Assembly (NCBI GenBank): GCA_013265495.1
Contig: MU057632.1
Location: 1 to 36,685, forward strand
DNA from: Vicugna vicugna
Taxonomy: Eukaryota
Length of the DNA stretch: 36,685 bases
Direction: 5' to 3'
Shown: one piece after another, positions 34,830-36,685 of the stretch
How the letters are laid out: the number at the start of each line of letters is the position of its first letter
How positions within the stretch are numbered: the stretch's first letter is position 1
Program-made: the position numbers and the translations under genes
The notes under the pieces: model-generated
What the model saw: the letters and a program-made list of their open reading frames with translations, nothing else
Databases searched by the model: none
What the model was told of the DNA's origin: nothing

Positions 34830-35838
34830 AAAACATTTAAGAAATAAGCCCCTGTAACCTGTAACACACAAACACAAAATATCCTGAAGAGGGTACCATG
34901 AACAACTGTATGGAAACACACTGGACAACCTGGAAGAAACGGACAGGTTTCTGGAAGCATACAGCCCACCAAAACTGAATCAAGAAGACACAGACCACTT
35001 GAACACACCAATCACCAGAAATGAAACGGACCTGGCAATTAAAAAACAAAAACAAAAACAAAAACCTCCCTGCAAACATAAGTCCAGGACCAGAATGCTT
35101 CACTGGGGAATTCTACCAAACATACAAAGAACTCATAATGATCCTTCTCAAAGTCTTCAAAAAGACTGAAAAGGAGGGAATACTCCCACGCTCATTCTAT
35201 ATCACCCTAATACCAAAACCAGACAAAGACACTACCATAACACAAAATTACAGGCCAACACCACTGAGGAAAGTACACCCAAAAATCCTCAACAAAGTAT
35301 AAAAACATCACACACCGTCATCAAGTTGGATTCATCCCAGGGACACAAGGATGGTTCAACATATGCAAACCGATAAATGTGATACACCACAGCCACAAAA
35401 GGAAGCACAAAAACCACATGACACTCAATATAAGCAGGAAAAACATTTGAGACAATTCACCCATTGGTGATAAACACTCTCACCAAAGTGGGTATAGAGG
35501 AAACGTATCCCAACAGAAAAAAAAAAAAAAAAAAAGCTGTTATGACAAACCAACAGCCAGCACAGGACTCAACAGTGAAAAACAGAAAACCTTCCCACTA
35601 AAATCTGGAACAAAACAAAGATGCCCACTCGCACCACTTCTATTCAACATAGTCTTGGCAGTCCTAGCCACAGACCTCAGGCAAGAGAAAGAAAGAAAAG
35701 GGATCCAAATTGGAAAAGAAGAGATAAAGAAGTTGTGGTACACTTACACAATAGAATACCACTCTACAAAATAAAATAACATTACTTTGTCATAAAATGT
35801 AGTAAACTAATGCCATTCGCAGCAACGTGGATGGATTC
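34830..35838 (+). mobile_element. Younger L1 ORF2 fragment (RT region) with a large internal deletion
   Basis: ORF 35021..35302 gives [17 protein letters not shown]...[10 protein letters not shown]...NYRP...KILNK (L1 ORF2p). At ~35725 it jumps to the ORF2 C-terminal region (gataaagaagttgtggtac...gcagcaacgtggatgga). Confidence 0.9.
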
Positions 35839-35839
35839 T

Positions 35840-36540
35840 CCCACCCCGCCCCCCCACTACCATGGCGCCACTACCCCATGACCCTGCAGGGCACTCGCCT
35901 CCCTGTAGCCCACTGATCTAGAAACAAGTGTCCCAGGAACCTGGGGCAGCAGCGGGGAGAGAGGGGCATTGCCCCTGGCAAGCTGGTCCATTGGCGCTCA
36001 CCGCCCCTGGAGCATGGCCTGAGGGCGGCCTCTGCTGCCCCAGCTTCGCTGGAAGCACGTCCCCAGGTCAGCCTGCCCCCGGGAGGCGGGCCCGGTGCGG
36101 TCAGGGGGCGGCCGCCGCCGCGGCAGCGGGTGATGGTGGGATTTGGGCTGCCCCAGTGAAGCGCAGGATTTGCTCCCATTTCCTGCTGCTGCGGCGCCCT
36201 CACTCTGACTGCACTCGCCTCCCTCCCAGGAGCAGGCTGACTTGCAACCTGGCTCACGCGAACATGTGGGCATACACGCCGCCCCCAGGCCAGGCCTTGG
36301 GGCAGATGGGAGCAAGTCTACTACCGGAGCGAAGGGCAGCCCCTCTACCCCCGCAGCTGCCTCCTCCCTCCCCGACCCCTGAAAGACCACGCCCGACTCC
36401 AGAGAGCAGGCTGATCTGGGAACTTGCCTTCAGGGAACTTAGGGCAGCAGATGCTGCAGGCCAGGCCGCCCCCATGCCAGGCCGCCGGGGAGATCGGAGC
36501 AAACAGACCGGCTCGCACGGGCTGAGCCGAGACTCTCCTC
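35840..36540. repeat. GC-rich composite repeat, copy 2 (diverged ~187-bp monomers in both orientations)
   Basis: Direct: gccgccccca(g/t)gccaggcc at 36278 and 36465; gcactcgcctccct at 35891 and 36211. Inverted: ttgctcccat 36170 / atgggagcaa 36306; tctgctgccc 36031 / gggcagcaga 36442. Confidence 0.8.
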
Positions 36541-36543
36541 TCC

Positions 36544-36622
36544 GCCGCCGAAGCCGCCGAAGCCGCCGAAGCCGCCGAAGCCGCCGAAGCCGCCACCGCC
36601 GCCCCCCCCCCCCCCCCCCCCC
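36544..36622. repeat. (GCCGCCGAA)5 tandem repeat followed by a C21 tract
   Basis: Five perfect 9-mers at 36544-36588 and poly-C at 36602-36622. Confidence 0.95.
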
Positions 36623-36685
36623 AACCCACCCCTTGTCCAGGGTTCTGCCCCTGCCTCCCTCCGTTTGGCCTCTTTTTTTTTTTTT

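Noticed and set aside
27800..35838. Intact, active LINE-1
   Set aside because: Fragments of different ages with stops, nested insertions and large deletions; the longest ORF is under 100 aa.
36345..36629. Gly-rich (GGF)n or Ala-rich (AAS)n protein resembling keratin or transcription-factor tails
   Set aside because: Simply the translation of the 9-bp tandem repeat and poly-C tract; non-ATG start.

Overview
Mammalian, probably camelid, genomic DNA (a vic-1-like tRNA-derived SINE, a MER41_BT-like LTR and artiodactyl-type L1s). I find no intact protein-coding gene. The window looks like a mosaic of intron-containing gene fragments copied from different loci, all on the minus strand. (1) Six consecutive pseudo-exons of COL12A1 (fibronectin type III region) lie with their introns at 7511-12240, inactivated by stops, frameshifts, an in-exon 39-bp duplication and three dead donors. 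One donor appears to have been flipped by an 11-nt micro-inversion. (2) A dead copy of RBMS1 exon 1 with its intron-1 donor sits in a CpG-decayed island at ~22.5-23.8 kb. (3) Two CpG-rich, promoter-like islands (17.2-17.8 kb and 33.8-34.7 kb) each end in a consensus minus-strand splice donor and could drive a chimeric non-coding transcript into the pseudo-exons. The right end has two diverged copies, 2911 bp apart, of an L1-ORF2 fragment fused to a GC-rich ~187-bp-monomer repeat with internal inversions. The rest is L1, L2, MIR and LTR debris. Gene and repeat-family identities come from my recall of the reference sequences and need confirmation by alignment.
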